In this document: piece after piece, positions 25,201 to 37,984 of the stretch
Position numbering within the stretch: position 1 is the first letter of the stretch
Layout: the number at the start of each line of letters is the position of its first letter
NCBI GenBank assembly: GCA_964658305.1
Contig: OZ210884.1
Location: 5,828,001-5,892,000 of the forward strand
DNA: 64,000 bases
Source of the DNA: Leptogorgia sarmentosa
Lineage: Eukaryota
Reading direction: 5' to 3'
Translations under genes and position numbers: made by a program
Notes under the pieces: generated by a model
What the model saw: the letters and a program-made list of their open reading frames with translations, nothing else
Databases searched by the model: none
Told to the model about the DNA's origin: nothing

Positions 25201-26448
25201 ACGTGTACACTATTCATCAACATGCAGCGTTAAGTACACGTCTATATTTAAACAAGAATCACTTATTGGACTAGCTGCGAGCTCAATTCAACATTTCTTT
25301 GAAGGTAGATGGTTCGAATAATGATGACCGTGAAGCTAAGGCCAATTATCACACCGTAGAAATTTAGGGCTAGCGAGCTACTGATAGCGAAAAAAAATAT
25401 ATGATATCATATATATGTCGACCATTTCAAGGTTGTAGTACGTATCAATTCGTCGTGCAGATCTATAATAAATCCGAACATAAATCCGCAACATATATTT
25501 TTCTTTCAATTCTTTAAAAGTACTCGAAATACAAATGACAAAGAGTGGTTTTTCATAGAACCAGTGTCAGAAAAACGAATAGTCGAATATTAACAATGGG
25601 GCGATGTAAATTACCTGCAAATCCAATGTAGAAAATAGCCATTTAAAAACACGGGCGTTGATTGGTTGAGACAGGGAGTAGTAAAACACGTTAACATATA
25701 ACATTATATAACGCGGGTTGCGTGGATTTTGCGGGAAATTAAACAAAATGAACCTTTGAATTGAATGTAACTAAAGTACTAAACTCAATAATTCATCTTT
25801 TTTAAAAGCCTATTAATTTTAATAAAGGAAATAGAAAACATCTTTCCGTGTTTCTATAAGTTATAGAAACACTTGTGGAAATTTGGGAGAAATTCGAATT
25901 TGCGTGGAATTCGAATCATTTCTCCCAAACTTCCACGCGTGTTTCTATAACTCTTTAGTATATACACCCAACCATCGCATCGTCTATTACAAATGCTGCA
26001 TTCTGATTGGCAGAAATGTCTATTCTGTGATAGACCACGGTTCGCGAAAAGGCAAAGGAAAACAATATGGCTACTGCAGAAAACTCGCGTTTTGCTGAGG
26101 TTTCTGTAGAATGTTTTTGATATAAATAATTCTAGGCATAGAGTGTATACTAAAACAATTATTATTCGCTCATAGACAACTCACCCTCGTTGTCTAATTG
26201 TTAAATAGAAAATATGTTCAATCCATTCAAAACTAAATTCCGCCATTCAAGCGATTTAGCCTGAATAAAATACTTTTTTACTGATAGATGATGATGACTC
26301 GGGCGAAGAAGATGAAAAGTCGGGCGAAGAAGATAATGAGTCGGGCGAAGAAGATGAAAAGTCGGGCGAAGAAGATAATGAGTCGGGCGAAGAAGATGAG
26401 GAGAGTAATTCGAATACTTCAGATAGTGAAGGTGGTGATAGTGACTGA
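22229..26448 (+). CDS. IMA-4 (subtype B): secreted Ig-like / mucin / (SGEED)5 acidic-tail protein, 297 aa
   Basis: Exons 22229-22331 (signal, ..CIEGPPLD), 22639-22941 (Ig-B), 23342-23389 (VPPPPPTTAPTTPITN), 23929-24069 (ATTSPATAATTA x3), 24607-24678, 25121-25186 (VTSTTKQVIPPITTTSPTTKKK), 26288-26448 (DDDDSGEEDEKSGEEDNESGEEDEKSGEEDNESGEEDEESNSNTSDSEGGDSD*). All GT-AG and phase 1; 894 nt, in frame. Non-coding exon 1 donor cag|gtgag at 20392. AATAAA at ~26571. Confidence 0.88.
25860..25952. repeat. Hairpin element in the last intron of IMA-4
   Basis: gttatagaaacac..gtggaaatttgggagaaat pairs with atttctcccaaacttccac..gtgtttctataac. Confidence 0.7.
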
Positions 26449-27577
26449 GCCTGAAAAAATGAAGCCAAAATCTCAGAAAATGACGTCCAGTGTTTGACGT
26501 CCAAAACCAAATGTGGCGACTTTAACAACAAAAGTGAAACTAATCCTGTTATATTTTGTACAAACGCACCAATAAAAATCAATCTTCAAATTAAATACAT
26601 GTATTTAATGCGTATTATTTAACGAATCAACAAAATACTTCATCTCGTTTTTGTTTTTAAAAGCTATTCGATAAATGAAATATTTATTCCCCACATAAAG
26701 TTTGAAATACATGTAAAAAATTTGCGTGAACTAACTTTTCAGTTTTTGAAACTCATTTTCACAGCAATTGAAAAGAGATACCGCGTCGTGCTAACGAATC
26801 TTTTCCGGTCTGTGTGGGCCATTTACTCGTAAAAAATAGTTAATTAAGTTGCACGAAAAATGCGGATGTGGGAACGTTAGTAGAGCTTGTAAGCTTAGGA
26901 AATTAAGTCAAAGTGCGTGTTTCAAGCTGTAGAGACCCACTCTTCAGGTATTTATAAGATCTGTTGTAGTTTGTTTCATATATTTTCAAATCAATTATCG
27001 ATCAATTTAAGCTAATCAACCCAATCATTTAGAATGTATTATTAAATATATTACGAAAATCTCTAGGCGTTGATTCGTGGCTTTGCCTATTTGAACTGAA
27101 TTTAGCCAAATGCATTTCTCATCACAACCTTGTTGTTTTTGCTTCCAATCAATTTCATTTGTCTTATACGTTTATTATACATTTCACACCGAACTTTGGT
27201 TTTGTAAAGTATAATATAATTATTGCAATTTACATTATACAATATTATAATATAAGCAGGGTGAAATGTGCAACGTGATTGGCTAATGAGCGTGCATTAT
27301 AACAGCGTAATGCACGCATCTAGCTATTAAATTTCTTCCGCGACTTTTTGGTTTGACAAAAAGACAATAAAAATACATATATACTAAAAATGCATCCATA
27401 AAAAACGGTTGAATTGTTTGCTTTCGCTCAGCTAAAGGAATAAAGCTGTGTTGCTGCCTGGCAACATTTGAGAACACGCTTGATTACATGTAAAGAGAAT
27501 TGTAATTTTGATCTTCCTAACGAAGTTTTTTGTTGCGCTAATATTCTCTTATATTATAAAAGAAATAGAAAAACTCA

Positions 27578-27733
27578 TCGCGTGCCATTATGCTGTTATA
27601 ATTGCACTCGGGCAATGTTGTGAGAATACTCGAGAATCGCGTAATACACTCGGCTACGCCTCGTGTTTTACGCGATTCTCTCGTATTCTCACAACATTTC
27701 CCTCGTGCATTATAACAGCATAATGGCACGCGA
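27578..27733. repeat. ~155-bp near-perfect hairpin (non-autonomous element)
   Basis: tcgcgtgccattatgctgttataat..ttgtgagaatac..cgcgtaa pairs with ttacgcg..gtattctcacaa..attataacagcataatggcacgcga; the centre is ctcggctacgcctcg. Confidence 0.85.
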
Positions 27734-29355
27734 CTCGTTATCTATTGTAAAATGATCATGAATTATAATTGTATTAATTTACCCATGCATACATATCAAT
27801 AAACAATATTCTATTCCTGCCAATGTTCAATCTCGTTCAAAACGATTGCCTGGCTGGTGAATTTACCTTCACTTGCAGTCGAGTGCCAGTTATCATTCAA
27901 TTTCATGCTGAGTTATATTATCCCACTATCTTTTTCAAGTTACTCTTGCCTTCAATGCGACAGAAATACGACGTTTACAACAGGTCTGACAAGCGGAAAA
28001 AGGCATCTAAAATAACGCACACGCTAAGTGAAATAAACAAGAAAAACAAATTCTGCAATAGACGTTTTAGTAAATAATGAATGACAATGAAACATGCTGA
28101 ATAAAACAAGTGCAGATATTTTTTAGTCATTACAGGCGTGTATGCGGTCATGTGCTCCTTAAATGACAATACTATCTAATATAGCTACATAATGAGTAAT
28201 GAGTAATGACATGCACCAAGTCACCAAATTTGGAACAGAGAGCTGAAACAAAATATCAGTCAGTTCCGTCACTGAAAACGAATTGCATCGCCCAAAAATT
28301 GTTTGACCACAAATTTCGATATTTTCTTTCCGCAAGCGCTATAATCTCCTAGAGTTTGTCATTAATTACTCGAATTAATTTTGTGGTACAATCCAAACCA
28401 AAAATAATCAACGATCACTTCAGCTTTGCTTCATACAGAGCAGCAGAATACCAGGTAACGAATCTAACTTGTTTTATGTTTCGTAGTACAATTGGGTGAT
28501 ATTCATCCATGAAAGACCTGTATAATAGTTAAATACGTGGTAGCAATGTTAGTTTTGTATAGGAGAGTATTTTTCTTTCATTGGATATTACAACAGATTC
28601 TACTGAGAATTGCAATCTTGCATTATTAAAACGTGAAACAATTATACGATTACATTGTAGCTTTCGCGCAATTTTCAGAACTCCTCTCTTTTCTCTTTTT
28701 GAGATGCATGCATGGGGTAGGCTGTTTATGACTAAACATCTAGCAAAGGAGAACTTAATCGTGCACTAGAGGTTTAAGGGAGCAACATGGAATGTGTTAA
28801 GCGCCAAGAAGGAGGAAGCGCCATATTAGCCCATATATCATTTCAAAACGCATTTATCGATGACAAGATTTACATGTTCAATCACTGCATGGTTCTACGA
28901 ACTACAATGTCATATCTCATGGTATAGTGAGAGTGGAATCCATTCCTGATACTGTGAATTGGTTATTCGACCATTATATAATATTAGCAACAATTCAATA
29001 AAGCACAATTAAAGGAAAATAATTCCTTCAATATACATGTAGCTACATTTTTGTAAGAATCCGTATACCCGGAATACGAATTGCGGTCGCAGCGTCGCCG
29101 AGGCCATTTATACGACAAATTTATAAATTGGTATTCTACATGAATACTTTAAACTTTTGCATCTATTCACTAAAGGGCTATACACCTTGGCAAACGCACA
29201 ATATAAGTTCCCACATCATCCTGTTACGTCATTCTCAATGACTTGCCACTTCCTGATATATATAACACAATTAAAGCAATAACATAACAATTTTGATCTG
29301 GCAAATTAAATCTTTGTTTAGAATAACTGTGATACATATACAAAAGAAGCTAAAT

Positions 29356-32258
29356 ATGATGTTTGGTGTGGTTCTAATAAGCGCTCTTATGGCCACAGTC
29401 TCAACTGCTCCTGCAGTTCCAGCACAAGTCGGATGTGCAGAAGGAGAACCTAAAATGGGTACGTGTTCATGAGAAATAAAATGAGAACACATCGTTATGA
29501 CCAATTGGTTCCCTAATCGCGCTTATTATATGATTGACGCGGTTTTTTCTTTGTTATTCATAGACCTGTATATGGCATAAATACTTGTTTCACAGGCTTT
29601 ATCTGGATAAAGCCCGTTATTGCCGGATAAAGCCCGCTATTGCCGTGATTTGTATGGATAAAGCCCGTGGATTTATAAGGACACACCTTATTCAATCATG
29701 AAAACACAAGAAAATCAAACGCATACTCTCATATGTGCAAAGCGTATTTCAAACTTTTTTCTTGAGAAAACCTTGTCAATCATATAATAAGTCAGTTAAA
29801 GCCCTGGAACCTCGGCCTCGGCATTTGGCTTTAACTCTCACATATATTTTCATCAGGCTGGAACGCGTTCATACATGTCGTTCAACGGTTGCTCAGTCGA
29901 ATTTTTAACTTCTTATCTTATAATTCTAACCAAAAATCCCGATTCAAACCCTACACCAAATCCTAAACTCAAACTAAGTGTTAACCCTAATCCTACATGC
30001 CCTTACACAATCCTATTTCAAAAAGTATGAAAATATGAACTAGCCCCAAAATCATATCGCAATGCTATTTCAATAAATTAACGAATACGCATAAGTAGTT
30101 ATGAACATCAAAGCCACAATGACTGCATGCATGTGGAGTGAGTTTGCTAACTCCGACTGTTTATCTAATGTTGTTGAAATGTCATTAACAAAATGACCCT
30201 CTTAAATTTTCTATTAATTATAAAAATAAAGGTTTTCCGTTTTTCAATAAACACGTAATGTTGTTCACTTTCAGGCCAACTGCATCAGCCGGATGTGAAC
30301 TTGACCGTGCTTCCGTCGGAAAATGTAAACTTGTGGACACCAGTTACTATCACATGTGATGCGGATGTCCCCCGATATCCATCATCATATCCCCGATTTG
30401 TACTATGGCCTGTGAAGGTAACAATCCATGTAGGTGGATACGAAGTGATGAAATGCGAACAAGGTGGCAAACCAGTTTACCAATGCGCTTGTAATCTCGT
30501 CAGTCCTTGTTCTGATACACCGTTGAGAATTAGTTGTACTGCTCACAATGTTTTGGGTGAATGCCGCTATAAAGTGACTACAGTGACATTCACAGCGGCA
30601 CCAACAGGTTAGTCATGGTTGGCATATATTGTATACCTGTAAAAAAACAAATGAAAATTACACTTACTACCTGAATGTTTGACTTTCTGAGAAGAACTAT
30701 TATCATTAAGCGAATGGAAGATTTTACTGCCTCTTGATGTTGTTGTTCATTACTTAACTAATCTGCGCATATCAAAATTTCCAGGATGACATGTTTCATT
30801 TTAATACCACGAGGTCTTTTGCAGCCAATTTTAATTTAATTGTATTGTTAAAAATATTTGTAGCAACAGCGGCCCCAGCAACAGCGACTTTACCTACAAC
30901 AACAGGTAGGTTTTTGACAAATGGAACGCTGTAAATAAAGTAAACTCTTTTAGAAATAGAATTTCTAAATATCTGAATTACAGGGGCGGATCTAGGGATA
31001 GTCAGATTAGTCACGCGACAAACGTCAAAAAAGGCATGGGGAAAAAATTTGAAGCAAGGTTTCGAAATTATTTTCCAATTGATTGAAACTCTTCTCAAAT
31101 TTCAATTACGCAATCAAAATCCATGACACTCCAACGTTCAACTTCAATCAGTTTTTGCACGTTGAGCCAGCGATTGATTAGTCAACCGATTAGTCAAATA
31201 AATGGTATTCGAATGAAAATTGACTAATCTGCGTTTTAGATCATGCCATTTGATTGGTCCAATTTGCTTTAGCCATGCAACAACCGGTAGTTGTTTGAAT
31301 AAAAAAAACCGCAATCACTTTTCAAAAACCTTTTTCATCCAGTTTTTTTTTGGCCTCGACATTTCAGTGAAGAACTGACTCAACCCTTAGTGTTAGAGTC
31401 GAGGTAGATACTAGAATATATCTAGACAATTGTTAATTAAAATTTCAGAAAGCTAACCAGGTGATCTCGTGTTCGTGTTTTAGCCAATCAGCGCTCAGAA
31501 AGGGTTGTCCGAATAGAAATCCATTTTGCTATACTCACTCGATTATGTCTTTCGTTATTCTTTATGAAACTAGTCGAAATTTTGTAATTATGTTTGGTTA
31601 TGAGAAGTACAGCTCTGACAAATTAAAAATATGGAATTGAAATAAAGTGCATTATGAGAGATATAATTATTCAGTTGCTTAAATTGAAAAATGGATTTCT
31701 ATCCGACAGCTAGTCCCAGTCCCTTTCCGTGTTCTGAGATCACCTGGAAGTTTATATAAACAAAATATTTTGAATTTCAGTGGGAACAACAGGACCAGCT
31801 ACGCTTCCAATGCCAACGTCAGTGACCACAACTGAGGATGGTAGGTTGACAGGGCATTTCGTAAAAGTCTACCTGTTTTCAATTTAAACAGTAGACTGGC
31901 GTTAGGTTTTACAACAGTAAACTGACATTAGTGAGAAAGCCAGGCCGACAATTTGGTAATGCTATGCACATTTTTTTTATTAATTGATTTTTACATAGCA
32001 TGACCACATTCGTCCGGCTGGCTTCCCCACTGACTGACGTTATATTGAATTTCCTAGTGCACTTTTGCTGAAGACTGAACAAACATATTATTAAATGGTA
32101 GCTTCAATTCTGTCTTCAATTAGATATTGTCGCTACTGCAAGTCTTGGGCTGTTTCATATTGGCTCATTTTCTCTTTTTCCAAATAGATGATGATACAGA
32201 CACTGAAAGTGAAGATGAAGACAGTGATAGTGATAGTGAAGACAGTGATAGTGATTGA
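29356..32258 (+). CDS. IMA-5 (subtype C Ig with subtype A-type 3' exons), 202 aa
   Basis: Exons 29356-29458 (MMFGVVLISALMATVSTAPAVPAQVGCAEGEPKM), 30275-30607 (Ig-C), 30864-30905 (ATAAPATATLPTTT), 31781-31840 (VGTTGPATLPMPTSVTTTED), 32188-32258 (DDDTDTESEDEDSDSDSEDSDSD*). All phase 1; 609 nt, in frame. Non-coding exon 1 donor cag|gtaac at 28454. Confidence 0.87.
31457..31747. mobile_element. MITE inserted in an IMA-5 intron
   Basis: 12-bp perfect TIRs ccaggtgatctc / gagatcacctgg. The element is absent from the homologous IMA-1 intron near 9285. Confidence 0.75.
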
Positions 32259-35085
32259 CATGTCACATCATTTTAGTCTTTCAATTCTCATATGTTATTT
32301 TCTGTGGCAATAAGTTGTCATGGATCTAATTTCTGTATAACCAATAAACCAGGGGAGAACGATTCTATTGAAATTTATGAATATTGTTATCATACCAGCT
32401 GAATGTTATTGCGGAGAGATAATATTGGACGAGGCTCAGCAAAATATCGTGATTTATCGGTTTTGAGACCTCGGCAAAATATTTTCCCTTACGCACCTCC
32501 CAGTCGGTAAATAACATTATTTATTATTCAGTTTATTATTTACTCTATGTTTCGTAGTACAATTGGGTGAAATTCATCCATGTAAGACCTGCATAATAGT
32601 TAAATACGTGGTGACAATGTTAGTTTTGTATAGGGAAGTATTTTTCTTTCATTAGATATTAGAACAGATTCTAGAATTGCAATCTTGCATTATTAAAACG
32701 TGAAAGAATTAATAATAATTATACGATTACAATGTAGCTTTCGCGCTAAGATAGGCTTGACTTGCTAGACTTTTTATAATAATTAAACTTCTTAGTCACC
32801 CAAATAAAGAAACCAAGAGTTTTGTTCGTATTTTTAATGAGACAAATTTACATGGAACATTGAAATTAATATTCGTATGTCCTGGTCGTGACAATCAAAA
32901 TAATTGGTTAATGAGAATTTCAAAGTATCAGAGCACAAATTAATTTAATCAGGTCTTAGTCTTATTTGAATAAAAACAATCAAATATAATTATTATCTTA
33001 TGTTTATAATTAGGATACCCTTCAGATCATATATAGCACTGACTTTTATCAATGCAACAACTATATACTGTATACTGTCTATGTGAAATGTCAGCAATCA
33101 ACACATACTTTTATCAAAATTCAGGCTCGCATTCTAAATATGTTTCTTGTCTGATCCCCTGATCGCATTTGTGATCGGCGACAATGCATTTTTCAATCAT
33201 TCGCTCAAAATACAAATTTCAGTGCTCATATACTTCGCCTCTGAAAGTTTCTCATCACAACCTTGTTGTTTTTGCTTCCAATCTATTGCAACTGTCTTAT
33301 ACGCAATATCACGGGGACTTTTCAGCGTGAAATCGATTCGGTGAGGCAAAACAATGTCAACAAAACTATAATATAATTAAGAGGACAATTTTTTCTATGT
33401 CGCGTATTTTCCACGAAATGTGTTCAAAAAATCTTCGTCTTAATGATATATATATAATATTGTACAATGATCATGAATTATAATAATTGTATTAATCTAC
33501 CATGCATACATGTCAATAAACAATATTCTATTCTTGCCAATGTTCGATCTCGTTCAAAACAATTGCCTGGCTGGTGTGAATTTACTTTCACTTGCAATGA
33601 GTGCCAGTGATCATTCAAATTCATGCTGATTATCCCACTGTCTTTTTCAGTTTACTCTTGCCTTCAATGCGACAGAAATACGACGTTTATAACAGACCTC
33701 ACAAGCGGAAAAAAGGCATCTAAAATAACGCACACGCTGAGTGAAATAAACAAGAAAAACAAATTCTGCAATAGACGTTTTAGTAAATAACGAATGAAAA
33801 TGAAACATACTGACTAAAACAGGTGCAGATATTTTTTAGCCATTACAGGCCGGGCGTGTATGTCGTCATGGGCTCCTTAAATGACAATGCTACATAATAG
33901 CTTCGTAATGAGTAATGACCTTCCCCAAGTCACCAAATTTGGAACAGAGAGCTGAAACAAAATATCAGTCAGTTCCGTCAATGACAACGAATTGCATCGC
34001 CACAAAAATTGTTTGACCACAAATTTCGATATTTCCTTTCCGCAAGCGCTATAATCTCCTAGAGTTTGTCATTAATTACTCGAATTAATTTTGTGGTACA
34101 ATCCAAACCAAAAATAATCAACGATCACTTCAGGTTTGCTTCACAAAGAGCAGCAGAATTCCAGGTAACAAACCTAACTTGTTTTATGTTTCGTAGTACA
34201 ATTGTGCGATATTCATCCATGTAAGACCTGTATAATAGTTAAATACGTGGTAGCATTGTTAGTTTTGTATAGGAGAGTATTTTTCTTTCATTGGATATTA
34301 CAACAGATTCTACTGAGAATTGCGATCTAGCATTATTAAAACGTGAAACAATTATACGATTACATTATAGCTTTCGCGCAATTTTCAGAACCCTTCTCTT
34401 TTCTCTTTTTGAGATGCATGGGGTAGGCTGTTTATGACTAAACATCTAGCAAAGGAGAACTTAATCTTGCACTAGAAGTTTAAGGGAGCAACATGGAATG
34501 TGTTAAGCGCCAAGAAGGAGGAGCGCCATATTAGCCCATATATCATTTCAAAACGAATTTATATTCAAGATTTACATGTTCCCTGCGGCTGCATGGTTCT
34601 ATACGAAGTATGGATATAACTACAATGTCATTTCATGGTATAGTGAGAGTGGAATCCATTCCTGATACTGTGAATTGGTTATTCGACCATTATATAATAT
34701 TAGCAAGAATTCAATAAAGCACAATTGAAGGAAAATAATTCCTTCAATATACATGTAGCTACATTTTTGTAAGAATCCGTATACCCGGAATACGAATTGC
34801 GGTCGCAGCGTCGCCGATACCATTTATACGACAAATTTATACGACAAATTTATAAATTGGTATTCTACATGAATACTTTAAACTTTTGCATCTATTCACT
34901 AAAGGGCGATACACCTTGGCAAACACACAATATAAGTTCCCACATCATCCTGTTACGTCATTCTCAATGACTTGCCACTTCCTGATATATAATACATTTA
35001 AAGCTGCAATAACATAACAATTTTGATCTGGCAAATTAAATCTTTGTTTAGAATAACTGTGATACATATACAAAAGAAGTTAAAT

Positions 35086-37895
35086 ATGTTCTTCGGTGTG
35101 GTTCTAATAAGCGCTGTTATGGCCACAGTCTCAACTGCTCCTGCTGTTCCAGCACAGGTCGGATGTGCAGAAGGAGAACCTAAAGTGGGTACGTGTTCAT
35201 GAGAAATAAAATCAGAACACATCGTTATGACCAATTGGTTCCCTAATCGAGCTTATCATATGATTGACGCGGTTTTGTTTGTTATTCATAGACCTGTATA
35301 TGGCATAAATACTTGTTTCACGTACGGGCTTTATCTGGATAAAGCTCGCTATTGCTGGATAAAGTCCGCTATTGCTGTGCATTGTCTGGATAAAGCCCGT
35401 GGATTTATAAGGACACACCTTATCACCTTATTCAATCATAAAAACACAAGAAAATCAAACACATACTCTCATATGTGCAAAGCCTATTTCAAACTTTTTT
35501 CTTGAGAAAACCTGGCTGTACATGTTTAGCCAGATATTTGGCTAACAGCCTCGGTATTCGGCTTTAACTCTCACATACATTTTCTGCAGGCTGCAACGCG
35601 CTCATACATGCCATAACAACGGTTGCTCAATCTACTTTCTAATTTTTAACTTTTTATCTTATAATTCTAACCAAAAATCCTGATTCAACTACACCAAATC
35701 CTAAACTCAAACCAAGTGTTAACCCTAATCCTACATGCCCTTATACACAATCCTATTTCAAAAAATATGAAAATATGAACTAGCCCCAAAATCATATCGC
35801 AATGCTATTTCAATAAACGAATACGCATAAGTAGTTAGTGAACATCAGAGCCACAATGACTGCATGTGGAGTGAGTTGCTGTTTGCTAACTCCGACTGTT
35901 TATCTAATGTTGTTGAAATGTTATTAACAAAATGACCCTCTTAAATTTTCTATTAATTATAAAAATAAAGGTTTTCCGTTTTTCAATAAACACGTAATGT
36001 TATTCACTTTCAGGCCAACTGCATCAGCCGGATGTGAACTTGACCGTGCTTCCGTCGGAAAATGTAAACTTGGGGACACCAGTTACTATCACATGTGATG
36101 CGGATGTCCCCCGATATCCATCATCATATCCCCGATTTGCACCATGGCCTGTGAAGGTAACAATCCGTGTAGGTGAATACGAAGTGATGAAATGCGAACA
36201 AGGTGGCAAACCAGTTTACCAATGCGCTTGCAATCTCGTCAGTCCTTGTTCTGATACACCGTTGAGAATTAATTGTACTGCTCACAATAATTTTGGTGAA
36301 TGCCGCTATAAAGTGACTACAGTGACATTCACAGCAGGAAAAAACAGGTTAGTCATGGTTGGCAAATATTGTATACCTGTAAAAAAACAAATGAAAATTA
36401 CACTTACTACCTGAATGTTTGACTTTCTGAGAAGAACTATTACTACTATTATTATTTAGCGAATAGAAGATTTTACTGCCTCTTGATGTTGTTGTTCATT
36501 ACTTAACTAATCTGCCCATATCAAAATTTTCAGGAAGACATGCTTCTTTTAATACCACGAGGTCTTTTGCTGCCAATTTTAATTAAATTGTTTTGTTAAT
36601 AATATTTGTAGCAACAGCGGCCCCAGCAACAGCGACTTTACCTACACAAACAGGTAGGTTTTTGACAATTGGGTTATCCGAAATTCTAACGTCATAAACA
36701 AATTACTCTCCTCCCGAAAAGAAGTTTTGAAAAATCTTAAGCCTGGTTTACAGTGCAGTGATTTTTTGCCAGTACCTGGCCTCGACCATACCTGACGAAA
36801 ATGACGTGAACCGTTTACATACCCTGCTCAAATCTCGCAGCACGAATATGGATTTTTAATTATACTGAAATTATACTCTATAGCTGAAAAGTTAAAATTG
36901 AAAAAAGATGCCTTCGAAATAACATTAAAATTTTCACTAAGTAAAGTCTGTCCTATGTCCCTATGTTTCTTGAACAAAATTATGGTTTTGAACAAAATGG
37001 TTTTCTCTGAGTTTAACTACCGAATTACGGGGTAATTTGGTAAAATTTAATAAACGGTAAGGTCGACTAAAGTTGCTTTCAACTGTCTTCAATTTCAGTT
37101 ACTTCAACAACTAAACAAGTTATCCCTCCAATAACCACGACATCACCAACAACTAAAAAGAAAGGTAAGCATGCAACAACGTATACACTATTCATCAACA
37201 TGCAGCGTTAAGTACACGTCTATATATCAGTTAAACAAGAATCACTTATTAGACTGCGAGCTCAATTCAACATTTCTTTGAAGTTAGATGGTACGAATAT
37301 ATAGTGATGACCGTGAAGCTAAGGCCAATTATCATACCGTAGCAATTTAGGGCTAGCGAGCTACTGATAGCGAACAACAAGGACGCATTTTTTTTTGGTC
37401 AGTGACACGACATATAATTCAAGCAGCCAACAAAGTTTGCCCGTTTTCTAGGAATTAGCGAAATTGACGCGGGTGCGAACGCATACAGCCAGGAAACAAA
37501 TGTATAACCGCGTTTAGGCTGTAGTGAGTTTTTTCGCGGACCAGGCTTGGACCATACATAGCGAAAATATGTGAACCGTTTACGCTAGGTCAACTGGCTT
37601 AGCTCTGCTCAAATCTGGTTCTGGGCCCTTATTCTTGTTTAATGAATTAAATTTTATTAATTTATGCGATATTCTAGCAAATTCATGATATTTATTCCAA
37701 ATATTTGCTTCGGAATATTTGGTATATTTGCTTAGCCAATCAGAATGTAGCATTTGTAATAGACGATGTTTGGGTGTATACTAAAACTCTATAGCAAATA
37801 TGTTCAATCCATTCAAAACTAAATTCCGCCATTCAAATAGCGATTTAGCCTGAACAAAATACTCTTTTACTATGAAGGAGATGATAGTGACTCGA

Positions 37896-37984
<89 letters not shown>

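Larger units (their letters stand above)
27750..36665 (+). repeat. Recent ~3.2-kb segmental duplication (27750-30915 vs 33465-36665) covering the promoter to the first Thr exon of subtype C
   Basis: Introns and upstream DNA are collinear and nearly identical by eye. Confidence 0.9.

Noticed and set aside
26256..26582. ORFs 26288-26497 (+, SRAKKM repeats) and 26256-26582 (-, poly-Ser)
   Set aside because: Wrong frame or antisense; the phase-1 splice gives the SGEED frame, which matches the paralogs.
29595..29670. Repeats of ggataaagcccg (also 35335-35400) as a possible CRISPR array
   Set aside because: Only three short degenerate units, no unique spacers, no cas genes, and located in a eukaryotic intron.
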